A stretch of DNA of 24,697 nucleotides from Patescibacteria group bacterium (GCA_022710685.1 JAKLGM010000016.1:1-24697); one strand, 5' to 3'. Positions 6,989-15,333 are shown, counted from the first letter of the stretch. Notes: a model not told the origin generated them from the letters alone. A program made the numbers and translations.

Positions 6989-8737
6989 ATGTCTATTCTT
7001 CTGCAAGCCAACAACTTGAGTAAAAGCTATAGCGGCCAGAATATTTTTTCCGGCCTGACTTTTACCGTTTCCTCCCGCCAGAAAATCGGCGTCATCGGCC
7101 GCAATGGGGCCGGCAAGTCCACCTTGTTCCGCATTCTGACCGGAACCGAGACTGCTGACACCGGCGAAATCATGATTGGCAGCTCTACCCGGATCGGCTA
7201 TCTCAAGCAAGAAGAATCATACCAAGAGTCCGAAAGCGCCCTGGATTATCTGCGCCGGGAAAGCGGCCGCGAAGACTGGGTGATAAAAAAGCTGGCGGCT
7301 AAATTCCAGCTAACCGAAAATAAACTAGAGCAAGCAGCCAGTTCTCTTTCTGGCGGTTGGCGCATGCGCCTAAAACTAAGCGCTATGCTCCTCTTAGAAC
7401 CAAATCTCTTTCTCTTGGACGAACCGACCAACTACCTTGATCTCAATACCCTGCTCCTTTTAGAAAACTACCTTCAATCATATAAAGGTAGCTTCTTGAT
7501 AATTTCCCACGACCGAGAATTTCTCAAACGGACCTGCCAGGAAACTTTAGATATCTCCTCTCAAAGCTGCTATCACTATGCCGGTAATATTGAAGCCTAT
7601 CTAGCTTTCAAAGAACAGAAGCTAACGACCCTAATGAAAGCTAACGCCAGCTTGGACCGCCAACAGAAACACATGCAGGAATTTGTGGACCGTTTTCGGG
7701 CCAAAGCTTCCAAGGCTAAGCAAGCTCAATCTCTGATTCGGAAGATAAATAAGATGGAGCAGAAAAGGATTACCATCGAACACCGCGCCGGCATCACCAG
7801 AATCAGCATTCCGCCGACCATCAAACGACAAAATTTTGCCCTTCGGACTAATAACCTGGTAATCGGCTATGACGGCCGGGCAATAGTCTCTAATATTGAT
7901 TTTGATTGCCGCTCTGGCGAAAAAATCGCTATCCTAGGTCTAAACGGCCAAGGAAAAACTACCCTAATCAAAACCCTGACCGGAGATCTGCCGCTAGTTT
8001 CCGGCTCTTTTCGCTGGCTAACCGGCACCAAAATCGCCTATCACGGCCAAGAGGTCATAAATTCCTTAAACGACAAAGAGAATGTCGGCGACTTTCTGCG
8101 CCGCCAAGCCTCAAGCGATGTCAAAACCGAAGCAGTCTTGAAAATGGCCGGAGATTTTCTTTTTCGCGACGAAGAACTAAAAAAACCTATTGGCGTCTTG
8201 TCCGGCGGCGAAAGATCCCGCTTGGTATTAGCTGGCCTGCTCTTGTCCAAGCCCGATGTCTTCGTTCTGGATGAGCCAACCTGCCATTTAGATTTTGAGA
8301 CTACTGAAGCCTTGGGCGCGGCCTTGGGGAAATTCAACGGCACCGTGCTATTTGCCAGCCATGACCGGACCTTTACCAATCTTTTGGCTACCGGCTTAGT
8401 GGAGATAAAAAATGGAGAAGCTAAACGACGAACTGAAAGCTATCAAGAATATGTAGATGAGCTAGAAAAACAATTGGAGCAAGAAGTCCAAGATAGAAAT
8501 GACGGCAAAGAAAAAAATTCCGCCGCCAGAGATAAATATCTAATACAAAAAGAGCGGCAGAAAAAAATCAGGAAGATTGAAAAAGAGCTAGAGCAGAATA
8601 AGGCACGAGAAAAACAGCTGACCGACTACTTCCTCAAAAACACTTCCAGCTATGATGCCGCTAAAATTAAAGAGCTGACGGAAACCAAAGAAAAAATCAA
8701 ACAAGGCGAAGAAGACTGGCTAGAACTCAATGTCTAA
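6989..8737 (+). CDS. ABC-F family ATPase (two tandem ABC domains, no transmembrane domain; EttA/Uup-like ribosome-associated factor) with a K/E-rich C-terminal coiled coil
   Basis: First domain: Walker A GRNGAGKST, signature LSGGWRMRL, Walker B LLDEPTNYLD. Second domain: GLNGQGKTT, LSGGERSRL, VLDEPTCHLD. Inter-domain linker of about 80 aa. Charged C-terminal tail. Confidence 0.9.
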   Translation: MSILLQANNLSKSYSGQNIFSGLTFTVSSRQKIGVIGRNGAGKSTLFRILTGTETADTGEIMIGSSTRIGYLKQEESYQESESALDYLRRESGREDWVIKKLAAKFQLTENKLEQAASSLSGGWRMRLKLSAMLLLEPNLFLLDEPTNYLDLNTLLLLENYLQSYKGSFLIISHDREFLKRTCQETLDISSQSCYHYAGNIEAYLAFKEQKLTTLMKANASLDRQQKHMQEFVDRFRAKASKAKQAQSLIRKINKMEQKRITIEHRAGITRISIPPTIKRQNFALRTNNLVIGYDGRAIVSNIDFDCRSGEKIAILGLNGQGKTTLIKTLTGDLPLVSGSFRWLTGTKIAYHGQEVINSLNDKENVGDFLRRQASSDVKTEAVLKMAGDFLFRDEELKKPIGVLSGGERSRLVLAGLLLSKPDVFVLDEPTCHLDFETTEALGAALGKFNGTVLFASHDRTFTNLLATGLVEIKNGEAKRRTESYQEYVDELEKQLEQEVQDRNDGKEKNSAARDKYLIQKERQKKIRKIEKELEQNKAREKQLTDYFLKNTSSYDAAKIKELTETKEKIKQGEEDWLELNV

Positions 8738-8769
8738 ATGTGATAAAATGGAATGGTAACAATAAAAAT

Positions 8770-9222
8770 ATGAAAAAAACTACTTTCAAAAAACTAAACC
8801 CGGTCCAACAGCAATTAGTGCTGGAAGCGGCTAAGGCCATGGAAAAAGCCTATAACCCCTACTCCCATTTCTTTGTCGGGGCAGCCATCATGACTCCGGA
8901 CAAAAAGATTATCACCGGTGCCAACGTAGAAAATGCCGCTTACGGCTCCTGTATCTGCGCCGAACGCTCTGCTTTGGTTAGGGCCAACGCTGAGGGTGTT
9001 AGAAAAATAAGCCATATTGCCGTTATCGGCCGGCCGGGAAGAAAAACCTGCCCCGAGCCAGTAGCTCCCTGCGGCGCCTGCCGCCAGATGATCTTTGAAT
9101 CTTCCCAAATATCAAAGATAGACACCGAAATAATCATGGCTAACACCAAGATGGACAAAATTATTATCGCCCGCATCAGCGAATTGCTCCCCTTAGCTTT
9201 TGGGCCGAAAGATTTGAAATAA
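8770..9222 (+). CDS. cdd: Cytidine deaminase
   Basis: Zinc-binding motifs CAERSAL and PCGACRQ of the CDA fold. Start taken at MKKTTFKK (8770). An alternative in-frame ATG at 8740 follows the ABC-F stop by 2 nt. Confidence 0.85.
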   Translation: MKKTTFKKLNPVQQQLVLEAAKAMEKAYNPYSHFFVGAAIMTPDKKIITGANVENAAYGSCICAERSALVRANAEGVRKISHIAVIGRPGRKTCPEPVAPCGACRQMIFESSQISKIDTEIIMANTKMDKIIIARISELLPLAFGPKDLK

Positions 9223-9287
9223 GCCCTCTGATAGACAAAGATCCCTAATAACGCTATAATACTAGTCTTATAATTAACTATAAAATT

Positions 9288-9590
9288 ATGGAAGAAAACA
9301 AGAATGAATCCACTTGCTGTGGCTCTAAATGCCAATGCGCTGCCCTGAAGAACAAATGGGTCAAAATAATCCTGGTTATCATTTCAGTCGTCATTATCTT
9401 TTCAATCGGAGTTTGCTGCGGTCGTCACAAAAATCGCTTTGAAGGAAGAAATGATTGGGGCCAAGGCTGTTATCAAAAAAGAACAAGCGAAGGCGCCAAG
9501 GATTGTCCCATGATGCACGGCGACAGATTTGACCAGACTGGTTGCCCTAGAATGAATACGACTACCGGTACTACTACTGAGATAAAATAA
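9288..9590 (+). CDS. Small cysteine/His/Met-rich single-pass membrane protein, function unknown
   Basis: 100 aa. N-terminal CCGSKCQC, one TM helix (WVKIILVIISVVIIFSIGVCC), and a C-terminal CYQK..CPMMHGD..GCPRM segment followed by a Thr-rich end. It has its own upstream TATAAT (about 9255) and a strong terminator downstream. Confidence 0.6.
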   Translation: MEENKNESTCCGSKCQCAALKNKWVKIILVIISVVIIFSIGVCCGRHKNRFEGRNDWGQGCYQKRTSEGAKDCPMMHGDRFDQTGCPRMNTTTGTTTEIK

Positions 9591-9601
9591 TTAGAATCAA
9601 T

Positions 9602-9637
9602 AAAAAAAGACCTAGAATATTCCAGGTCTTTTTTTTA
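9602..9637. terminator. Rho-independent terminator (bidirectional) after the Cys-rich gene and the hydrolase gene
   Basis: A-run, AGACCT-agaatattcc-AGGTCT, then TTTTTTTT. Confidence 0.75.
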
Positions 9638-9647
9638 TTTATAAATT

Positions 9648-10268
9648 TTATCTTTCTCTTCTGATGTCGGCTTTTATCATCTTAATTATTTCCGGAAACT
9701 CAGCCATCTTGAAATGTCCCTTGATATGCTTGTAAATAACAATATTGGCCTGCTTTAACTTAGCGGCATATTTTTGGGCGTGATAAACCGGGACCACATC
9801 ATCCTTTTGCGCAAATAACAGATTAAGGCGCGGACTGTTCTTTTCCAGCAAGCTTAAATCAGATTTTAATTTAAAGCCGCCGACCAAATCCTCCTCCGGC
9901 AAACTATTATCAAAAGGGGCGCAAACCAAGTAAGTCGACAATATCTTTTTAGGAAATTTATTCTCCGATAGATATTTAGCCAAGAATATCCCGCCCAAAG
10001 AACAGCCAACTAAGATAATGTTGTTCCTTAGGAGAGAAAAATATCTCTCAAAAGCCAGCTTCCATTCCTTGTATTTGGCATTGTCAGACAACGGCATCCG
10101 CGGTCTAATAATTTCGCAATGAGAACCAAGATTTTTCTCCAAATAACCGTCAGTCCAACGGGCCCTTTTTTGAGCTAATACCTCGCGTGTTGAAAGATAG
10201 CGCCAATAATCACGATAATTTTTGAAGGTCATGCCGCCATGGATAAAAAATACTTGAGTTTTGGCCAT
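9648..10268 (-). CDS. Alpha/beta-hydrolase-fold serine hydrolase (RBBP9/YdeN-like esterase family)
   Basis: FFIHGG near the N-terminus and nucleophile elbow GCSLGG (GxSxG). Start chosen at the ATG at 10268 (MAKTQVFFIHGG), which has an AAGGA Shine-Dalgarno 8 nt upstream. The track ORF extends 53 codons further to 10427 with no hydrolase-like sequence. Confidence 0.75.
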   Translation of the reverse strand: MAKTQVFFIHGGMTFKNYRDYWRYLSTREVLAQKRARWTDGYLEKNLGSHCEIIRPRMPLSDNAKYKEWKLAFERYFSLLRNNIILVGCSLGGIFLAKYLSENKFPKKILSTYLVCAPFDNSLPEEDLVGGFKLKSDLSLLEKNSPRLNLLFAQKDDVVPVYHAQKYAAKLKQANIVIYKHIKGHFKMAEFPEIIKMIKADIRRER

Positions 10269-10272
10269 AATA

Positions 10273-10440
10273 TTAATCCTTAGATTGAAAAAAATCGCAA
10301 TGAGCTGTAAAAGGCACATCGCCTTGAGCCTCAGTACAATAACCTTGGCCGGCGTTGTCAACAAAGCTGGTGCAATTCCGGCATTGAGTCGCTTCATCAG
10401 GCCAGTCATTTCTAAAATCTGATTCAATTTCGTGAGACAT
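10273..10440 (-). CDS. Candidate unannotated 55-aa four-cysteine small protein (possible zinc ribbon), translationally coupled between the L,D-transpeptidase and the hydrolase
   Basis: ORF MSHEIESDFRNDWPDEATQCRNCTSFVDNAGQGYCTEAQGDVPFTAHCDFFQSKD. Its ATG lies 4 nt after the transpeptidase stop, and its TAA lies 4 nt before the hydrolase ATG. The stretch is GC-richer than typical intergenic sequence here. It is below the ORF-track length cutoff. Confidence 0.3.
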   Translation of the reverse strand: MSHEIESDFRNDWPDEATQCRNCTSFVDNAGQGYCTEAQGDVPFTAHCDFFQSKD

Positions 10441-10444
10441 AGAT

Positions 10445-11620
10445 TTAATAATGATTATTAATTAAAACCCCGGGGTTAGCGGCTGTCGGCCAGACAGAAT
10501 TCTGCTCACCAGCCTTGGGTCCGGTCAGATCAAAAATAAATTTAGCATCACCTTGGGTGATATTCGTGCAACCAGCACTACGTTGAGTGCCAAAATCATC
10601 ATGCCAATAGGTGCCATGAATGGAATATGAACCGCGATAGTACATGACCCAAGGGACGTCAGGTAAATCATAGACATGGGTAGCTAAGGGCGGTGCACCC
10701 TGCATCCTGGTCTTCTTGGTCTTGTACCAGACATTATAGGCGCCGACGATAGTCGGCGATTCACGGTGGCCGACAGCGATATAGGTCGCCATGACCGGCT
10801 GATCATATTTATATAAAGTCAAAACCTTGCGTGAAATATTAACATCGACCCAATAATCGCCAACCTTGACCTTGGTTGGTATGATTAATTTCTTTTCTGG
10901 CGCTGGTTGGGCGATAGCATTAACGAAAATAGAATCAATATAAGTTCCGGGATATTGGCCGCCATCAATCTTGTACCAAATGCGACCATCACTTTTTTTC
11001 ATCTCCAAAACCTTCACGGTATTACCATTAAAAAGAAATCCTTTTCTTTTGGCAGCACTCTTCGGTTCTAGTTTAGCCGGAACATAATTGGAATTTACCC
11101 TTCCCCACCAACCTAAATATTGCCAAGTCCGAGAAATTTCCTTGCCAGAATCATCTAGAATTATTTTTCCTTCCGGAATAGTCACCAAATCTTTATTGGT
11201 AATACCTAGGGCTAATTGGCGCATCAAAGCAAAAGCCGCGGCGGCATCAGGCAGATAATTTAATGATTTATCTTCGGGATTGACATAATAGGCCTTGCCG
11301 ACATCTTCCGGCTTGAGCAATATCATCCCCTTGAACCTATCCGGGGTGCTACTAGCGATCCTGGCAAAATTATCATTAGAAACGCCCAAGGACAAATGGC
11401 GCATCAGGCTATAGGCATCATCCGGAGTGCCTAAATAATAGCGATGAAAATCTCCGGGGTAGACGTACCAAGCCTCACCTTTATTATCCACATCCAAAAG
11501 AATCTTCCCGCTCAAGCGGCTGGAAAGATTATCCTCCGGAAAAGCCCAGACCGGAAAGGCCAAAAACAGGCCGAAACAAACGATGATTAAACTAAGTCTT
11601 AGTGATTTCATAATACCCAT
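10445..11620 (-). CDS. Secreted L,D-transpeptidase (YkuD-domain) with two N-terminal ~55-aa repeats of unknown type and an SH3b-like domain
   Basis: Signal peptide (MGIMKSLRLSLIIVCFGLFLAFPVWA). Repeats GKILLDVDNKGEAWYVYPGDFHRYYLGTPDDAYSLMRHLSLGVSN and GMILLKPEDVGKAYYVNPEDKSLNYLPDAAAAFALMRQLALGITN. C-terminal catalytic domain with His (SIHGTYWHDD) and Cys (SAGCTNI). Confidence 0.85.
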   Translation of the reverse strand: MGIMKSLRLSLIIVCFGLFLAFPVWAFPEDNLSSRLSGKILLDVDNKGEAWYVYPGDFHRYYLGTPDDAYSLMRHLSLGVSNDNFARIASSTPDRFKGMILLKPEDVGKAYYVNPEDKSLNYLPDAAAAFALMRQLALGITNKDLVTIPEGKIILDDSGKEISRTWQYLGWWGRVNSNYVPAKLEPKSAAKRKGFLFNGNTVKVLEMKKSDGRIWYKIDGGQYPGTYIDSIFVNAIAQPAPEKKLIIPTKVKVGDYWVDVNISRKVLTLYKYDQPVMATYIAVGHRESPTIVGAYNVWYKTKKTRMQGAPPLATHVYDLPDVPWVMYYRGSYSIHGTYWHDDFGTQRSAGCTNITQGDAKFIFDLTGPKAGEQNSVWPTAANPGVLINNHY

Positions 11621-11631
11621 TCTAGCATCTA

Positions 11632-11665
11632 TAAAAGAAAAACGCCAATTCTATTGGCGTTTTTG
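11632..11665. terminator. Rho-independent terminator after pilin-like gene 1
   Basis: AACGCCAAT-tct-ATTGGCGTT flanked by A- and T-runs. On the minus strand it is followed by TTTTCTTTT. Confidence 0.7.
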
Positions 11666-11686
11666 GTATTATACAAAATCTAAAGA

Positions 11687-13192
11687 CTATTGATAATTTC
11701 CTAGCTGATCGGTTTTCATTAAATAAATATCATTATCATTAACATCAGACGAACCAGAGATAATATAGCCGCCATCTGAGGTCTGCTGGATGCTGGCAAA
11801 ATCGATATTTCCGAGGGCTATTTCAGTCTGAGCCCAGGTTAACACTCCGGCAGAATCAGTTTTGACCAAATAAAAATCAGAATCAGTGACATGAGTCTGG
11901 CCGGCTATAATATAGCCACCATCGGCTGTTTGATCAACGGAATAAGCGTCCTGACTATTAGTACCACCGATGCTCTGCTCCCAAGTGACGTTGCCGCTAG
12001 AATCAGTTTTGACTAAATAGACGTCACCATCATTAGCATTAGTACTGCCAGTAATAATATAGCCTCCATCAGTTGTTTGTTGGACAGCCCGTCCGGATTG
12101 AACATCGGCACCACCTATATTCTGCTCCCAAGTGACGTTGCCGCTAGAATCAGTTTTAACCAAGTAAACGTCCCAATCATTAGCATCGGACAAACCAGAG
12201 ATAATATAGCCGCCATCAGCTGCCTGCTGGACAAAACTGCCCGTTTGATAGCCGACACCGCCGATATTCTGCTCCCAAGTGACGTTGCCGCTAATATCGG
12301 TTTTCACTAAATAGACATCATTGTCGTGAACATCAGTATTGCCGGCTATAATATAACCACCATCGGCTGTTTGATCAACGGAATAAGCGTCCTGACTATT
12401 AGTACCACCGATGCTCTGATCCCAAGTAACATTGCCGCTAGAATCAGTTTTAACTAAGTAAACATTAGAATCAGAACCGGTCGCATCATCAATGCCAACG
12501 ATAATATAACCGCCGTCAGTTGTTTGCTGGACGACTCCCGCTTCCTGATAGCCAGCGCCACCGATTTCTTGGTGCCAGGATTCTATTCCATTAGAATCCA
12601 CTTTCAATAAATACATATTGCCATTAGGATCGCTGGCATAGCTGGCGCCAGAAATAATATAACCACCGTCTGATGTTTGATCAACAGAAGCAGATGTTTG
12701 GTTGCCTGGACCGCCATACAGCAAAGCAAACATTGCCAAGGAGGAACAATCTACATCCATAATACCGGCCGGGGTAAGACATTTGGGACCACTATCTAGG
12801 GTGCCAGTAGTGTTACCCAAACAGAAAGAGACGGTATAAGAATTACCATTTTCGGTCTGTTGGTAAGAGAAAGTGTTTTGGCCGGATGTGCAAGAGCCAT
12901 CAACCGGAGTCGGAGCCGAAGGGATAATCTGCATATAAGTCGAGGTGCCGTAGGTAGAAGTAGAAAAAATAGAGCCAGAAGCAAACTCCTCCGCTGTCGG
13001 ATAGCGGTTTTTATCATTAAAAAATAATTCCAAGGCGGTCTGAACCTGTTTCATATCACCCGCCCTTCTCGCATCTCGGGCTTTAGCCCGCGCGCTGGAT
13101 AAAGCTATGACTGAAACCGTGGCGATAACGCCGATAATGGCGATAACCACCAGAAGCTCTATTAAAGTGAAGGCTTTTTTTAACCTAAACAT
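11687..13192 (-). CDS. Type IV pilin-like protein (prepilin N-terminal methylation-site/TM helix) fused to ~7 tandem SBBP-like beta-propeller repeats
   Basis: N-terminus MFRLKKAFTLIELLVVIAIIGVIA (class III signal). Conserved pilin head (SAPTPVDGSCTS..FCLGNTTGTLDSGPKCLTP). Then repeats of about 49 aa (DGGYII.G.....D.YLVKTDSSGNVTWEQ.IGG.....S..QT.). The DNA carries near-exact ~110-bp copies 441 bp apart. Confidence 0.85.
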   Translation of the reverse strand: MFRLKKAFTLIELLVVIAIIGVIATVSVIALSSARAKARDARRAGDMKQVQTALELFFNDKNRYPTAEEFASGSIFSTSTYGTSTYMQIIPSAPTPVDGSCTSGQNTFSYQQTENGNSYTVSFCLGNTTGTLDSGPKCLTPAGIMDVDCSSLAMFALLYGGPGNQTSASVDQTSDGGYIISGASYASDPNGNMYLLKVDSNGIESWHQEIGGAGYQEAGVVQQTTDGGYIIVGIDDATGSDSNVYLVKTDSSGNVTWDQSIGGTNSQDAYSVDQTADGGYIIAGNTDVHDNDVYLVKTDISGNVTWEQNIGGVGYQTGSFVQQAADGGYIISGLSDANDWDVYLVKTDSSGNVTWEQNIGGADVQSGRAVQQTTDGGYIITGSTNANDGDVYLVKTDSSGNVTWEQSIGGTNSQDAYSVDQTADGGYIIAGQTHVTDSDFYLVKTDSAGVLTWAQTEIALGNIDFASIQQTSDGGYIISGSSDVNDNDIYLMKTDQLGNYQ

Positions 13193-13288
13193 AAAAACCT
13201 GTTAATTTGTTATCTTCTAGCGCCGCTATAGGCAATAGCTCGAACGATATTCCAAGCCAAAGAGTTAAAGCCATAAATAAAATCAAGT

Positions 13289-15070
13289 TTATTCTATGAT
13301 ATAAGGGCCATAAACATTCAAGTTGGTGGCGGAGCTAGTCAAGCTCAATCCTGTCCCCGAAAGAGCACCTGCTTGGCTAGAAATATTGGGATCAGTTATA
13401 TCTAAATTACTGTCAACAACGGTCGGGGCGTAAGGAGAAACTGTAAAAATAGAGGAAGCTGAGCCAGTATCGCTAGAAACAAAATTCGGCTTTATTTTCA
13501 TAAACCCAGCGCTACTGCCAAAAATAGTTCCTCCTAGATCATCATACTCATCAAGATAAGAGCCAATATACAAATCTGGACCATCAGCCCAGCAAACATA
13601 GCCTTCTTCATACCCCCAAGTATCAAGATTCCTCTCACGAATTACCTCGCTACCCATCAAAGATAGATCATTCCGATTAATACTAGTCACCCAGATATCG
13701 CCACTGCCATCATTGGAAGACCCGGTATAACCAACACCATAAATCGAGCCCCCGGAAAGACAGAGGGAGCCAAAATAATCCAATGCCGAACCGCCATAAA
13801 TCTTCCTGCCTAAAAGGCTGAGGTCTGATTTATCAAATTTTAATATTACAGCACTGCGGCCGCCCGGACCCTCTCCGATAATCTGGCCATAAGCATAATA
13901 ATAGTCGCTATCAATAGCTCCCCTAAATCCCTGAAAAAAAGTAATTCCGGAACGGCCATAAGCATTCTCCGCTTCAACCGCCATCGTAGTTTTGTTAATC
14001 TTTAGGGCGACCAAAGGGCTATTTCCAAGAACGGCGGATAAATACAAATAATTACCATCGGAAGCCAATGATCTGATATTGCTAGCATAAGAATTTTGCT
14101 TAATCAAATTTAAATCAAAATCATAAACCATCACCGTGTTATCAATCCCGACATATAAGTAACTATCATCCTTAGCTATACTATATATATAATTTAAGCT
14201 GCCGTTACCAAGACTTAAAGCCGAAACCAACGATAAATCGGATTTATTAAATTTTGCCAGAACTCCATCTTGACTGCTGATATTACGATTGATAATTCCC
14301 GCCGCATAAATATAATTACCCTGCTCAACAATGGCATGAAAATAATCTTTACCGGTGCCACCATAAATTCTTTTAGCTGCTATAGTCAAATCTGTTTTAT
14401 CATATTTAATAATCATTCCATCGGTCTGGCCGGCGCCCTCAGATCCGTTATCGCCAACGGCATAAATATACTGAGAATCTGAAGTCAAGTCATATATTTC
14501 CTTGTTGGTTGAATCAGTATTCCCATAAATCTGGGCAAAGAAAAAATTATCCTTTAGAACACACGAACCAGACTGACAGGCATAACCATAATCGCAGGTC
14601 GGATCGCAAGGAACGGAACTGGCGCTACAATCTAAATCTAAAATTCCACCTGGGGTAAGACATTTGGGGCCACTATCTAAGGTGCCAGTAGTATTGCCTA
14701 AACAGAAAGAAATAGTATAGGAATTACCGTTCTCAGTTTGGGTATAATAAAAACTATTTTGGTCGGAAGTACAGCTTCCGTCTACTGGGGTCGGAGCGGA
14801 AGGGATAATCTGCATATAAGTAGAAGTACCGTAGGTAGAAGTAGAAAAAATTGACCCTAGGGCAAATTCTTCCATAGTGGGATAACGGTTTTTGTCGTTG
14901 AAAAATAACTCTAGGGCTGTTTGAATCTGCTTCATATCACCCGCTCTTTTAGCATCGCGGGACTTAGCTCGGGCGTTTTGAAGGGCAATGATAGAAATAG
15001 TGGCTAAAACGCCAATAATAGCGATAACTACCAACAACTCAATGAGAGTAAAAGCGCGCTTGATCTTCAT
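13289..15070 (-). CDS. Type IV pilin-like protein, paralog of the preceding gene, with a different C-terminal beta-propeller-like repeat domain
   Basis: N-terminus MKIKRAFTLIELLVVIAIIGVLA. Its first ~150 aa are nearly identical to those of gene 11687-13192. This is followed by a Cys-rich linker (CSASSVPCDPTCDYGYACQSGSCV) and YIY..G/KxDLSL repeat units. Confidence 0.85.
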   Translation of the reverse strand: MKIKRAFTLIELLVVIAIIGVLATISIIALQNARAKSRDAKRAGDMKQIQTALELFFNDKNRYPTMEEFALGSIFSTSTYGTSTYMQIIPSAPTPVDGSCTSDQNSFYYTQTENGNSYTISFCLGNTTGTLDSGPKCLTPGGILDLDCSASSVPCDPTCDYGYACQSGSCVLKDNFFFAQIYGNTDSTNKEIYDLTSDSQYIYAVGDNGSEGAGQTDGMIIKYDKTDLTIAAKRIYGGTGKDYFHAIVEQGNYIYAAGIINRNISSQDGVLAKFNKSDLSLVSALSLGNGSLNYIYSIAKDDSYLYVGIDNTVMVYDFDLNLIKQNSYASNIRSLASDGNYLYLSAVLGNSPLVALKINKTTMAVEAENAYGRSGITFFQGFRGAIDSDYYYAYGQIIGEGPGGRSAVILKFDKSDLSLLGRKIYGGSALDYFGSLCLSGGSIYGVGYTGSSNDGSGDIWVTSINRNDLSLMGSEVIRERNLDTWGYEEGYVCWADGPDLYIGSYLDEYDDLGGTIFGSSAGFMKIKPNFVSSDTGSASSIFTVSPYAPTVVDSNLDITDPNISSQAGALSGTGLSLTSSATNLNVYGPYIIE

Positions 15071-15262
15071 AAAAATGTTAATATTTTAATTGTTACTCAC
15101 GTAAATTTTAAAAATAAGCCGCCAAGAACCTCAATAGAAAAAGCATCACTGCTACAATTTGCCAAGACAAACGATTTTCTGCCTTGATATAACCGCCGAT
15201 ACCCATCTATAGGCGAATCTTAAAATACTCAACATTCGGGCAACTTTACACGTTTTATAATG

Positions 15263-15333
15263 CACGGGATGTAGGAATCGAACCCACGACTGACGGTTTG
15301 GAGCCGTCCATTATACCACTTAACTAATCCCGC
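15263..15333 (-). tRNA. tRNA-Trp (anticodon CCA)
   Basis: Manual fold of the reverse complement GCGGGAT-TA-GTTA-AGTGGTA-TAAT-G-GACGG-CTCCAAA-CCGTC-AGTC-GTGGG-TTCGATT-CCTAC-ATCCCGT-G. Acceptor stem with G1-U72. Anticodon loop CU-CCA-AA. TTCGA T-loop. The 3' CCA is not encoded. A TAAAAT -10-like element lies about 9 nt upstream. Confidence 0.75.

Noticed and set aside
6977-8379. Five short ORFs on both strands inside the ABC-F gene (including a 122-aa Arg/Lys-rich plus-strand ORF at 7906-8274)
   Set aside because: They are alternative-frame or antisense overlaps of a gene with clear ABC-F domain structure. The R/K-rich peptide is a typical out-of-frame artefact of GC-rich coding sequence.
8815-9335. 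97-aa and 131-aa minus-strand ORFs
   Set aside because: They are antisense to cdd and the following intergenic promoter and carry no features.
10269-10427. 53-codon N-terminal extension of the alpha/beta hydrolase ORF
   Set aside because: A good SD (AAGGA) precedes the internal ATG at 10268, and the extension lacks hydrolase-like sequence. The region is better explained by the separate-frame 55-aa Cys ORF or by a 5' UTR.
12077-14482. Short ORFs inside and antisense to the pilin-like genes (77 aa, 73 aa, 70 aa)
   Set aside because: They are nested in the long repeat-containing genes. Repeats create spurious open frames.
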